Source of the DNA: an uncultured Clostridia bacterium | Lineage (GTDB): Bacteria > Bacillota > Clostridia > Oscillospirales > Ruminococcaceae | Direction: 5' to 3' | DNA length: 64,000 nt | Assembly (NCBI GenBank): GCA_944382905.1 | Contig: CALWNU010000037.1 | Span: 24,392-88,391, forward strand | In this document: positions 17,385 through 26,641 of the stretch, piece after piece | Layout of the letters: each line of letters starts with the position of its first letter | Position numbering within the stretch: position 1 is the stretch's first letter | Notes under the pieces: model-generated | Told to the model about the DNA's origin: nothing | Seen by the model: only the letters and a program-made list of their open reading frames with translations | Database searches by the model: none | Made by a program: the position numbers and the translations under genes

Positions 17385-17632
17385 TCGCTCCTTTTTTCAC
17401 ATTTGTGGTTAGCCTTCCCTGTTTTCCCCCAATCATGCGGTTTTTCCTCCCGTTTTTCCAAAACAAGGGCGCCAAAACGGCACGGAAAAACTTACAAGAA
17501 ATTCACCGGACTAGTCCTTTGAAATTTACACACACTTTTATAATAAAAAAAGAAACCGGCTTTGCCGTATCCCGTTTGTTTTGCAAAGCGGGATCGCCGC
17601 GGTGCAGACGAGCCGGCGAGGAGGATATTCAG

Positions 17633-18529
17633 ATGCAATGCGCTGTGATCGACATCGGCTCCAACTCTATGCGGCTGACCGTTTATGAGGCGGAACCTTC
17701 CCATTTCACGATTCTGTTTAAAGAAAAAATCATGGCCGGTCTGGCTGGATATGTCGCCGGCGGCGCCCTTTCCCAGGAAGGGATCCAATGCGCGATCACC
17801 GGCCTTCTCGCCTTCCGCCAGGCGCTGAAACTTTTGAAAATCCATGATATTTCGGTGTTTGCCACCGCTTCCTTGCGCAACATCAGCAATACCCAGCAGG
17901 CGGTGGCGCAGATCCGTGCCGCCACAGGCTTTGAGGTAGAAGTGCTTTCCGGGCAGGATGAAGCTATGTTGGGCTATTGGGGCGCCATGGAAGATCTTTC
18001 CATGACCGACGGCCTGTTCGCCGATATCGGCGGGGCAAGCACGGAAATCGCCGCCTTTTCCCACGGCGAACTGATCCGCGCGGAAAGTTATCCGGTGGGT
18101 TCTTTGCGGCTGTACCAGGACTGTATCAAAAAAATCCTGCCGGGAGATGGGGCAAAAGAGCGGATGAAAAAGAGGATCCAGGAGACATTCGGTGCAATGG
18201 ACGGCTTTCCCCCGCAGGAAGTCCTGGCCTGCGTGGGCGGAACCTCTCGCGCGGTGTTGAAACTCGCCCGCAAGCACTTCGGCCTTTCCCCGTCCTGCCG
18301 GCAGGTCAGCGCAGAGCAGCTGGAACAGTTGTACGCCTTTCTCTGCCGGGGCGACCGGGACGCGCTGGAATTGTTGTTAAAGCTGGTCCCGGAGCGGATT
18401 CATACCCTGCTGCCCGGGATGACGATTCTGCGCTATGTGATGCGGCGTTTGCAGGTCTGTGAAATGGTGGTAAGCAAATATGGTGTGCGGGAGGGTTATT
18501 TATGTCAAAGGATCCAGCGCAAGAGCTGA
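17633..18529 (+). CDS. ppx: Ppx/GppA family exopolyphosphatase
   Basis: AVIDIGSNSMRL, DIGGASTE and GGTSR are ASKHA phosphatase motifs. ATG 17633 is preceded by GAGGAGG. Confidence 0.85.
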   Translation: MQCAVIDIGSNSMRLTVYEAEPSHFTILFKEKIMAGLAGYVAGGALSQEGIQCAITGLLAFRQALKLLKIHDISVFATASLRNISNTQQAVAQIRAATGFEVEVLSGQDEAMLGYWGAMEDLSMTDGLFADIGGASTEIAAFSHGELIRAESYPVGSLRLYQDCIKKILPGDGAKERMKKRIQETFGAMDGFPPQEVLACVGGTSRAVLKLARKHFGLSPSCRQVSAEQLEQLYAFLCRGDRDALELLLKLVPERIHTLLPGMTILRYVMRRLQVCEMVVSKYGVREGYLCQRIQRKS

Positions 18530-20670
18530 ACCCCTATGTCTATACGCAAAACCGCGAACTGAGTTGGCTGCGGTTTAACCGCCGCGTGCTGGAGGAAGCA
18601 GCGGACGAAACCGTCCCCTTATGGGAGCGGCTCAAATTTGTTTCCATTTTCACCAGCAATTTGGACGAGTTTTTCATGGTGCGCGTAGGCAGCTTATTCG
18701 ACCTGGCACAGATTTCCCCGGAAAAGATCGACAACAAAACCGGCATGACGCCGGCCCAGCAGCTGCATCAAATCGAGCTGGCCGTACCGGGCCTGATCGC
18801 CTTGAAGGATCGGCTTTACCATACGCTCATGCGCCGGTTGGAGGAAGCCGGGATCCAGGATCTGGCGTTTTCCCAATTGACGGCGCCGGAGCAAAAGCAG
18901 ATCAACCGGTATTTTAAAATCAATATCCTGCCGGTCCTGTCCGCGCAGATTGTCGACAGCCGCCATCCCTTCCCCCATTTGAACAACAAATCTTTGTACA
19001 TCGCCGCCCTGCTGCGCGGCAAAAAAGGGGGACGTTCGTTGGGATTGCTCCCCCTGCCTCCTTCCTTGCCCGCCTTTTTGCCCATGCCGGAAAACAAAGG
19101 CAGGTTTATTCGGATGGAAAACCTGCTGCTGCACTGGGCGCCATCCTTGTTCGGCAGCTATCAGGCGGAACAGCTTTGCGTTTTGTGCGTGACCCGAAAC
19201 GCGGACATCAGCTACGACGAAGAAAAATTTGACGACCAGGAAGAGGATTTTCGCAACCATATGCGAAAGCTGCTCAAAAAGCGCGATCGGCTTTCGGTCA
19301 TGCGGCTGGAAATCAGCGGGTCCATAACCGGAGAGTTCCAAAAACTGCTGGAATCCCGCATCCAGGTGAAAAGTCGGCAGGTGTATTTTAGCGATGCGCC
19401 CCTGGCGATGCAATATGTTTTCGCCTTGGAAAAAGCTTTGCCGCAGCAGCTGCGCCCGTTGCAGTTTGTCCCCTATCAGCCCCGCTGGCCGGACGGGCTG
19501 GACAAAAAACGCAGTATGATCGAACAGGTGCAGCAAAAAGACCGCCTCCTCTTTTTCCCGTTTGACAGCATCGACCCATTCTTGCGCCTGCTCAGCGAAG
19601 CAGCAGAGCGCCCGGATGTGATCTCCATCAAGATGACCATCTACCGGCTGGCTTCCTCCTCCAAAATTGCCCGGACCCTTTGCCGCGCGGCGGAAAACGG
19701 AAAAGAAGTCACAGTGCTGGTAGAACTGCGCGCGCGGTTCGACGAAGAAAACAATATCTGCTGGTCCAAAGTCCTGGAAGACGCCGGATGTCAGGTCATT
19801 TACGGCATGGAAGACTACAAATGCCACAGCAAAATCTGCCTGATCACCCTGCGGGAGAAAGGGAAGCTGCGGTATATCACCCAAATCGGGACCGGAAATT
19901 ACAACGAAAAAACCAGCGCCATGTATACGGATTTGAGCCTTATGACCGCCAATGAGGCCATTGGGCTGGACGGTGCCGCCTTCTTCCGCAACATGCTGGT
20001 GGGAAACCTGGAGTGGCATTATCAGTGCCTGTGGGTCTCCCCTTTGGAAATGAAGGCCCGCCTGATGCAATGTATCGAAACCGAAATCGCCAAAGGGCCC
20101 GAAGGCCGGATCTGCATCAAAGCAAACGCCATGACCGAACGAAGCGTGATCGACAAGCTGGCCCAGGCCTCCGCCGCCGGGGTGGAAGTCCAGCTGATTT
20201 TGCGCGGCATCTGCTGCCTGCGGCCCGGCATCCCAAAACGGACAGAAAAAATCCATGTCACCAGCATCGTGGGCCGGTTTCTGGAGCACGCCCGCATCTA
20301 CTGTTTTGGGAGAGGGGCAAGCGCACAGTTTTTCCTCTCCTCCGCCGATCTGATGACCCGGAATCTCAACCGCCGTGTGGAAATCGCCTGCCCTGTATAT
20401 GACGGGCAGATCAAAAAACAGCTCGCCCGAATCCTGCAAACCCAGCTGGCAGACAATTTGAAAGCCAGCTTCCTTCTGCCGGACGGGTCCTACTTACGCA
20501 AGCACGACGCCGCTCTCCCGCTGGACAGCCAAGTCCAATTTCTAAAAGAGCGGGCCTCCCGGCAGACAAACGGTAAACCGGAAGCCAGCCCTTCGGCGGA
20601 TTTTCCGTCCCAGATGTGGAAAAAATGGCGCGCGCTGCTGCGGCGCAGAAAAGAAGAACCGGGCAGCTGA
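18502..20670 (+). CDS. ppk1: polyphosphate kinase 1
   Basis: NRELSWLRFNRRVLEEA..ERLKF..IFTSNLDEFFMVRV at the N-terminus; two PLD-like HKD-type domains (..CHSKICLI.., ..RFLEHARIY..). Overlaps the ppx 3' end by 28 nt. Confidence 0.95.
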   Translation: MSKDPAQELNPYVYTQNRELSWLRFNRRVLEEAADETVPLWERLKFVSIFTSNLDEFFMVRVGSLFDLAQISPEKIDNKTGMTPAQQLHQIELAVPGLIALKDRLYHTLMRRLEEAGIQDLAFSQLTAPEQKQINRYFKINILPVLSAQIVDSRHPFPHLNNKSLYIAALLRGKKGGRSLGLLPLPPSLPAFLPMPENKGRFIRMENLLLHWAPSLFGSYQAEQLCVLCVTRNADISYDEEKFDDQEEDFRNHMRKLLKKRDRLSVMRLEISGSITGEFQKLLESRIQVKSRQVYFSDAPLAMQYVFALEKALPQQLRPLQFVPYQPRWPDGLDKKRSMIEQVQQKDRLLFFPFDSIDPFLRLLSEAAERPDVISIKMTIYRLASSSKIARTLCRAAENGKEVTVLVELRARFDEENNICWSKVLEDAGCQVIYGMEDYKCHSKICLITLREKGKLRYITQIGTGNYNEKTSAMYTDLSLMTANEAIGLDGAAFFRNMLVGNLEWHYQCLWVSPLEMKARLMQCIETEIAKGPEGRICIKANAMTERSVIDKLAQASAAGVEVQLILRGICCLRPGIPKRTEKIHVTSIVGRFLEHARIYCFGRGASAQFFLSSADLMTRNLNRRVEIACPVYDGQIKKQLARILQTQLADNLKASFLLPDGSYLRKHDAALPLDSQVQFLKERASRQTNGKPEASPSADFPSQMWKKWRALLRRRKEEPGS

Positions 20671-20693
20671 CGTTCCGCCCGGTTCTTCTTTTT
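20654..20693 (+). terminator. terminator after ppk1
   Basis: AAGAACCGGGC-N12-GCCCGGTTCTT is followed by a T-rich tract. The 5' arm overlaps the ppk1 stop codon. Confidence 0.75.
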
Positions 20694-20706
20694 CCCAAAA
20701 GTGCCA

Positions 20707-20809
20707 TTTGTATTATATCTTTTTAAAATTTCAAATACTTTGCAATAGTCTTACTTGACAAATGCTGGATTATCAGATAGGTTAATAGTATAAAAAGATA
20801 TAATACAAA
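20707..20809. repeat. perfect 19-bp inverted repeat separated by 65 bp
   Basis: TTTGTATTATATCTTTTTA (20707-20725) is the exact reverse complement of TAAAAAGATATAATACAAA (20791-20809). It brackets TTGACA (20755-20760), and the right arm contains TATAAT (20799-20804). Confidence 0.9.
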
Positions 20810-20826
20810 GTACAGGGGATGATCCC

Positions 20827-21804
20827 ATGAAGATTTTTATCGATAAAAGCAGCACCACTTCCATCTACCAGCAGCTGGTGGATCAAATTTCGAAAAAGGT
20901 GCAAAGCGGAGAGCTGCCAGCTGGGAAAAAGCTGCCGACCGTCCGGGAGCTTGCCGACCAAACCGGGATCGCCCGCGGCACCGTGAAACACGCCTACGAG
21001 CAGCTGGAACGCAGGGGCGTGATCAAAATGACCCGGGGCAAGGGCACGTTTGTCCGGGAGCAGGCCCAACAGGAAATCAGTTCCAAAGCCCGCGCCATGA
21101 ACGCCATCGACCGGCTGCTGGACGAAATGGAATCCCTTTCCTTCTCCCCGCAGGAAATCCAGATGTTTTTCAACCTCAAGCTGCGGGAACGGATGGACCA
21201 CGACGAAAACGTCTGCATCGTTTTTGTCGACTGTAACCCGGAGACGCTGACCAACATCATCAACCAGATTTCCGCCATCCCCAACATCGAAGCGCATAAG
21301 CTACTTTTGCCCGACGCGTTGCGGGAGCCGTTTGTCATGGATGATTTTGCCGACCTGGTCATCACCACCTCCACCCATATGGGACAGCTCAGCGGCGTGG
21401 TACAGCACAAAGACAAGCTGGTCCAGGTCGTGACGGCGCCCAGCAGCCCCACCGTGGCAAAAATGGCGATGATCGGTGGCAAGACCGTCGGCATTCTCTG
21501 TGCCAGCGAAACTTACGCCCACATCATCCGGCGGAGCATGCAAAACCTGGAACTGCCCTGTCAGGATACCGAAACATACCTGTTTGGCAGCGCCATGAAC
21601 CTGGAAGCCTTTCTCCGGCATAAGGAGGTGCTGATTGTCCCCAACGACTTTTTGTTGTTCTGCAGCCGGGCCGAGGGGGACCTAATTCGCCAAGCTGGCG
21701 CCCAGGGAAAAACCGTGATCCGGTATAATTATCAAATCGACGGCGGCTCATTTTTAAGCGTGCAGGAAAAAATCGAGCTGATCCGTGCGGCAAAATATCT
21801 TTGA
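20827..21804 (+). CDS. GntR-family transcriptional regulator with ~240-aa C-terminal effector domain
   Basis: N-terminal wHTH: SIYQQLVDQISKKVQSGELPAGKKLPTVRELADQTGIARGTVKHAYEQLERRGVI..RGKGTFV. Confidence 0.85.
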   Translation: MKIFIDKSSTTSIYQQLVDQISKKVQSGELPAGKKLPTVRELADQTGIARGTVKHAYEQLERRGVIKMTRGKGTFVREQAQQEISSKARAMNAIDRLLDEMESLSFSPQEIQMFFNLKLRERMDHDENVCIVFVDCNPETLTNIINQISAIPNIEAHKLLLPDALREPFVMDDFADLVITTSTHMGQLSGVVQHKDKLVQVVTAPSSPTVAKMAMIGGKTVGILCASETYAHIIRRSMQNLELPCQDTETYLFGSAMNLEAFLRHKEVLIVPNDFLLFCSRAEGDLIRQAGAQGKTVIRYNYQIDGGSFLSVQEKIELIRAAKYL

Positions 21805-21810
21805 CCATGG

Positions 21811-21850
21811 CAGCGGAGTGGAATTGATCCACTCCGCTGTACTATTTTTA
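21811..21850 (+). terminator. hairpin after the GntR gene
   Basis: CAGCGGAGTGG-N7-CCACTCCGCTG (11 bp) is followed by TACTATTTTTATT; the T-tract is not contiguous with the stem. Confidence 0.5.
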
Positions 21851-21962
21851 TTAAATGATATAGTACAATTAATATTCCATATCCATGTATACAATTATCC
21901 CCTTCAAATTCCTGTAAATCGCTGAATTATACAACTTTTTTACAAGTTTTTCAGCAAAGTAG

Positions 21963-21991
21963 TTGACAGTTAGCCTTTCTCAGACTAATAT
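21963..21991 (+). promoter_or_regulatory. sigma-A-like promoter of the glutamate mutase operon
   Basis: TTGACA, 17-nt spacer, TAATAT; 52 nt upstream of ATG 22043. Confidence 0.65.
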
Positions 21992-22042
21992 ATAGACATA
22001 GTTCAATATTCACCACTACTATCAAACTACGAGAGGTGCATT

Positions 22043-22477
22043 ATGGAAAAGAAAACTTTGGTCATGGGCGTCATCGGCGCAGACGTCCATGCAGTTGGCA
22101 ACAAGATCCTCTATCATGCATTTACCGCCGCCGGATTTAACTGTGTGAATCTGGGCGTCATGGTATCGCAGGAGGAATATATCAACGCCGCAATCGAATC
22201 GAATGCAGACGCCATTGTCGTCTCCTCCCTGTACGGCCATGGGGAACTGGATTGCCGCGGGATGCGGGAGAAATGCGACGAAGCAGGCCTGAAAGGCATC
22301 TTGCTGTATGTCGGCGGCAATATCGTCGTTGGCAAGCAGCCTTTCGACGAAGTAGAAAAGCGCTTTAAAGCCATGGGGTTTGACCGCGTATTTGGTCCTG
22401 GCACCCCGCCTGAAACCACGATTGCAGCGCTTTATGAGGATTTGGGTGTACAGCCTCCGGAAGAAACCGAAGAATAA
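22043..22477 (+). CDS. glmS: glutamate mutase (methylaspartate mutase) sigma subunit, B12-binding
   Basis: [23 protein letters not shown].. contains the DxHxxG cobalamin-binding motif. Near full-length resemblance to clostridial MutS/GlmS (..[37 protein letters not shown]..). Confidence 0.95.
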   Translation: MEKKTLVMGVIGADVHAVGNKILYHAFTAAGFNCVNLGVMVSQEEYINAAIESNADAIVVSSLYGHGELDCRGMREKCDEAGLKGILLYVGGNIVVGKQPFDEVEKRFKAMGFDRVFGPGTPPETTIAALYEDLGVQPPEETEE

Positions 22478-22489
22478 GGAGCGCTTGCT

Positions 22490-23872
22490 ATGAAACCAGT
22501 ATTGCTCATTGATTTTGGCAGTACATATACGAAGGTTACCGCCGTCGACGTGGAAAGCGAAGCGCTGCTTGGTACTGCCAGCAGCTACACCACCGTTCAG
22601 ACGGATATCGGCGAAGGGCTGCAAAACGCGCTGAACCTTCTGGAAGAAAAAACCGGAAAGCTGGAATTTGCCGAACGCTATGCTTGCTCCTCTGCGGCGG
22701 GCGGCCTGCGGATGATTACCAGCGGCCTTGTCCCTGAATTGACTGCCGAAGCGGCAAAACAGGCTTCCCTCGGCGCAGGCGCCAAGGTAATTCGCGTCTT
22801 TTCCTACGAATTGACCAAAAAAGATGTGGAAGAGATTGTGCAAAGCCGTCCGGACATGATCCTGCTCACTGGCGGGACCGACGGTGGGAACAGCGAATGC
22901 ATCCTGGCAAATGCGAAACGGCTTTCCATCGTGGAGCCGATCTGCCCGGTAGTCATCGCCGGCAACCGCAACTGTGCGGATGAATGCGCGGAACTGCTGG
23001 ACAAGTGGGAAACCCATGTCTGCGAAAACGTCATGCCGCGGTTTAATGAACTGAATATTGAGCCTGCCCAACAGCAAATCCGGCAGATCTTTTTAAACCG
23101 GATCATCCAAGCCAAAGGGCTGAGCAAGGCGGCCGAACTGATTTCCGGGATTTTAATGCCCACCCCTGCAGCAATGATGGCAGCCATGGAATTGCTGTCT
23201 GAAGGCACCAAAACGGAGCCGGGCATCGGCGAACTGGTTGCGGTGGACCTGGGCGGCGCCACCACGGATGTGTACTCGATTGCAGATGGGATGCCCACCC
23301 AGGCGAACACCATTGTGAAAGGGTTGATGGAACCCTATGCCAAACGCACGGTGGAAGGCGACATTGGCATGCGTTACAGCATTTGGGGCATTGTGGAAGC
23401 CGGCGGGATCGACCGGGTCAGCCAGCTTTCCGGGATCGAACCGCAGCGGGCCAAGGAAATGATCCAATATCTGTCGGAACACACAGACACCTTGCCCCAG
23501 GATGAAGAATGGGAAAACCTGGACTTCGCTTTGGCTTCGCTGGCGGTGGAAACCGCCGTTGCCCGCCATGCGGGCACCATCGAGCAGGTCTACACCCCCA
23601 TGGGCCTGGCCTACTCTCAAAAAGGCAAAGACCTAACGCCGGTCAAGCGGGTCGTCGTAACCGGAGGCGCCATCATCCACACCAAACGCACCGGCCAAAT
23701 TGCGGCACACAGCCTGCAAAATCCCAGCCAGCCCGCTTCCCTGCGGCCAATTGACGCCAAGTTTTTGGTGGACCGCAAATATATCCTGGCGGCCATGGGC
23801 CTGTTGGGACAGTATTACCCGGACATCGCTGTCCGCATTATGAAAAAAGAACTGGTTGAAGCATACGAATAA
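22490..23872 (+). CDS. glmL: glutamate mutase accessory/reactivase-type protein (MutL/GlmL)
   Basis: LLIDFGSTYTKVTAVD is an ASKHA N-terminus; LTGGTDGGN, DLGGATTD. Conserved position between the S and E subunits. Confidence 0.9.
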   Translation: MKPVLLIDFGSTYTKVTAVDVESEALLGTASSYTTVQTDIGEGLQNALNLLEEKTGKLEFAERYACSSAAGGLRMITSGLVPELTAEAAKQASLGAGAKVIRVFSYELTKKDVEEIVQSRPDMILLTGGTDGGNSECILANAKRLSIVEPICPVVIAGNRNCADECAELLDKWETHVCENVMPRFNELNIEPAQQQIRQIFLNRIIQAKGLSKAAELISGILMPTPAAMMAAMELLSEGTKTEPGIGELVAVDLGGATTDVYSIADGMPTQANTIVKGLMEPYAKRTVEGDIGMRYSIWGIVEAGGIDRVSQLSGIEPQRAKEMIQYLSEHTDTLPQDEEWENLDFALASLAVETAVARHAGTIEQVYTPMGLAYSQKGKDLTPVKRVVVTGGAIIHTKRTGQIAAHSLQNPSQPASLRPIDAKFLVDRKYILAAMGLLGQYYPDIAVRIMKKELVEAYE

Positions 23873-23890
23873 GATTACGGAGGTAACCGC

Positions 23891-25342
23891 ATGGAAATCA
23901 AGAACAAACGTCTGACGGATGACGAATTTTATGAAATCCGCAAAACCGTCCTCAATCAATGGCCTACCGGCAAGGACGTCGATCTCGAAGATTCTTTTGC
24001 GTTCCACAAATCCCTTCCCGACAGCAAGGTCTTCAGCAAAAAGCTGGCGGAAGCAAAAGCGAACCGCGTCACCCTGGTACAGCCCAGAGCTGGTGTCGCG
24101 CTTGTCCAAAAACACATTGAGCTGCTGACCTATTTGCAGGATAAAGGCGGCGCCGACTTGCTGCCGACTACCATCGACAGCTACACCCGTCAAAATCGCT
24201 ATAAAGAAGCGGAGGTCGGTATTGCCGAATCCATTAAAACCGGCAAATCCATGCTCAACGGCTTCCCCGCTGTCAACCACGGCGTAGCGGCGGTCCGGCA
24301 GGTCGTCAACGCCATCGACGTCCCGCTGCAGATCCGCCACGGCACCCCGGACGCTCGCTTGCTGACGGAAATTGTCTATGCCGGCGGCTACACCAGCTAT
24401 GAAGGCGGCGGCATTTCCTACAATATCCCCTACGCCAAAAGCGTTCCGCTGGAGCGCACCATTGCTGACTGGCAGTACTGCGACCGCCTGACCGGCATTT
24501 ATGAAGAAGCCGGGATCTCCATCAACCGCGAGCCTTACGGGCCTTTGACCGGCACGCTGGTTCCGCCGAGCATTTCCCACGCAGTCGCCATTATCGAAGC
24601 GCTGCTGGCTGCGGAGCAGGGCGTGAAGAACATCACCGTCGGCTACGGACAGTGCGGCAACCTGGTACAGGATGTGGCGGCGATCCACACGCTGGAAAAA
24701 TTGACTGAAGAATATCTGCATCAGTATGGATACGACGACGTGGTGGTCACCACCGTGCTCCATCAGTGGATGGGCGGCTTCCCGCAGGACGAGGCGCAGG
24801 CATTCGGCGTCATTTCCTGGGGCAGCGCTGCGGCAGCGCTTTCCCATGCGACGAAAGTCATCGTCAAGACCCCGCACGAAGCGATGGGCGTTCCCACCGC
24901 AGAAGCCAACGCGCAGGGCCTGCGCTGCACCAAGCAGGTCATCTCCATGCTGCGTGACCAGTCGTTAGACGAGCACTCTTTGAAAGAAGAAAAAGAGATT
25001 ATCACCGCCGAAACCAAATGCCTGCTGGATAAATGCTTTGAACTGGGCAACGGCGACATTGCGCTGGGTACGGTTCGCGCCTTCCAGGCCGGCGTGCTGG
25101 ATGTTCCGTTTGCTCCTTCCCGCTACAATGCGGGCCAGATGCTGCCGGTACGTGACAATAATGGCGCCGTCCGTATTTTGACCATGGGCAACCTCCCGTT
25201 CACCAAAGAGCTGGTCGACTTTAACCATGCCAAAATCGAAGAGCGCGCCAAGTTTGAAAAACGGAAAGCCTCCTTCCAGATGGCCATCGACGATGTTTAC
25301 GCCATCAGCAAAGGCAGACTGGTCGGCAGACCCAGAGGTTAA
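23891..25342 (+). CDS. glmE: glutamate mutase (methylaspartate mutase) epsilon subunit
   Basis: ..[17 protein letters not shown]...[55 protein letters not shown] match clostridial GlmE/MutE throughout. Confidence 0.95.
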   Translation: MEIKNKRLTDDEFYEIRKTVLNQWPTGKDVDLEDSFAFHKSLPDSKVFSKKLAEAKANRVTLVQPRAGVALVQKHIELLTYLQDKGGADLLPTTIDSYTRQNRYKEAEVGIAESIKTGKSMLNGFPAVNHGVAAVRQVVNAIDVPLQIRHGTPDARLLTEIVYAGGYTSYEGGGISYNIPYAKSVPLERTIADWQYCDRLTGIYEEAGISINREPYGPLTGTLVPPSISHAVAIIEALLAAEQGVKNITVGYGQCGNLVQDVAAIHTLEKLTEEYLHQYGYDDVVVTTVLHQWMGGFPQDEAQAFGVISWGSAAAALSHATKVIVKTPHEAMGVPTAEANAQGLRCTKQVISMLRDQSLDEHSLKEEKEIITAETKCLLDKCFELGNGDIALGTVRAFQAGVLDVPFAPSRYNAGQMLPVRDNNGAVRILTMGNLPFTKELVDFNHAKIEERAKFEKRKASFQMAIDDVYAISKGRLVGRPRG

Positions 25343-25381
25343 CACAATTACAGGCTTAATGATAAAAGGAGTTGCTATCTC

Positions 25382-26626
25382 ATGAAAATCACAAACGTAA
25401 TTTGCTCCAAAGGCAGAACCGGTTTCTTTTTTGATGACCAGCGCGCCATCAAAAAAGGCGCAGTTGCAGACGGGGCCGCTTATGTCGGCCAGCCGGTAAC
25501 TGATGGCTTCACCTCCATTCGGCAAGCGGGCGAAGCGATCTCGGTCATGCTCGTCCTGGAAGACGGGCAGATCGCTTACGGCGATTGCGCCGCTGTCCAG
25601 TATTCCGGTGCAGGCGGGCGCGATCCTCTGTTCTTGGCGGAAGATTTCATCCCCGTCATTGAAAAGGAAATCAAACCCATGCTGGTTGGCCAGGAAGCTG
25701 ACAGCTTCCGTCGTCTGGCTGAAATGGTAGACCATCCGGAAAAAGCGGGCAAAAAGTTCCATACCGCGATTCGTTACGGTGTGACCCAGGCGATTCTGGA
25801 TGCCGTTGCCAAAGCCAAACATAAAATGATGTGCGAAGTGGTCGCGGAAGAATATGGCACCACGGTTTCGGACAAAGAAATCCCGATTTTCACCCAGTCC
25901 GGCGACAACCGCTATGAAAACTCCGACAAGATGATCATCAAGCAGGCCGACGTTCTGCCCCATGCGCTGATCAACAACGTAAAAACCAAACTGGGCGAGC
26001 ATGGCGAGCTGTTGGAAGAATATGTGGCTTGGCTGCGCGACCGTGTGCTGAAACTGCGTACCCGGGACGATTACCTGCCTGTTTTCCACATTGACGTATA
26101 CGGCACCATCGGCGCCGCGTTCGGCAACGACAATTATGAGGCGATGGCCGATTATCTGGCTCGCTTGGAAGAAATCGCAAAACCGTTCCATCTGCGTATC
26201 GAAGGCCCTATGGACGTGGAAGACCGCGAACTGCAAATGAAAGCGCTGGCGGAATTGACCCGTGTTGTGGATGAGCGCGGCATTCATGTAGAGCTTGTCG
26301 CCGACGAGTGGTGCAATACGCTGGAAGACATCAAATACTTTGCCGATCATAAGGCGGGCCATATGGTCCAGATCAAAACCCCGGACCTGGGCGGCATCAA
26401 CAACATCGCAGAAGCGGTGCTGTACTGCAAAGAAAAAGGAATCGGCGCTTACCAGGGCGGTACCTGCAATGAAACCGACCGGTCCGCGCAGGTTTGCGTG
26501 AATATCGCTATGGCGGTACAGCCGGATCAAATCCTGGCAAAACCCGGTATGGGCGTTGACGAAGGGTATATGATCGTTTACAACGAGATGCAGCGTATCC
26601 TGGCGATCCGCAAAGCGTTGAAATAA
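25382..26626 (+). CDS. mal: methylaspartate ammonia-lyase
   Basis: MKI..V.C..G.TGFFFDDQRAIKKGA..DCAAVQYSGAGGRDPLFLA.DFIPVIEKEI..HALINNV..FHIDVYGTIGAAF..PFHLRIEGPMDVEDR..ADEWCNT..KAGHMVQIKTPDLGG matches clostridial MAL (enolase superfamily). Confidence 0.95.
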   Translation: MKITNVICSKGRTGFFFDDQRAIKKGAVADGAAYVGQPVTDGFTSIRQAGEAISVMLVLEDGQIAYGDCAAVQYSGAGGRDPLFLAEDFIPVIEKEIKPMLVGQEADSFRRLAEMVDHPEKAGKKFHTAIRYGVTQAILDAVAKAKHKMMCEVVAEEYGTTVSDKEIPIFTQSGDNRYENSDKMIIKQADVLPHALINNVKTKLGEHGELLEEYVAWLRDRVLKLRTRDDYLPVFHIDVYGTIGAAFGNDNYEAMADYLARLEEIAKPFHLRIEGPMDVEDRELQMKALAELTRVVDERGIHVELVADEWCNTLEDIKYFADHKAGHMVQIKTPDLGGINNIAEAVLYCKEKGIGAYQGGTCNETDRSAQVCVNIAMAVQPDQILAKPGMGVDEGYMIVYNEMQRILAIRKALK

Positions 26627-26641
26627 GGAGGTACTTTCACC

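Noticed and set aside
17357-17632. 92-aa N-terminal extension of the ppx ORF
   Set aside because: It covers AT-rich promoter-like sequence. The ASKHA N-terminal motif starts right after ATG 17633, which has a GAGGAGG RBS.
18694-20439. 581-aa ORF on the minus strand
   Set aside because: It is antisense to ppk1, with no RBS, no recognisable domain and shadow-ORF composition.
20707-20809. Interpretation of the 19-bp inverted repeat as a MITE-like mobile element
   Set aside because: No target-site duplication flanks the arms (GTGCCA versus GTACAG), no second copy is seen in this window, and there is no transposase nearby. A copy-number check in the whole genome would be needed, so it is not called as a mobile element.
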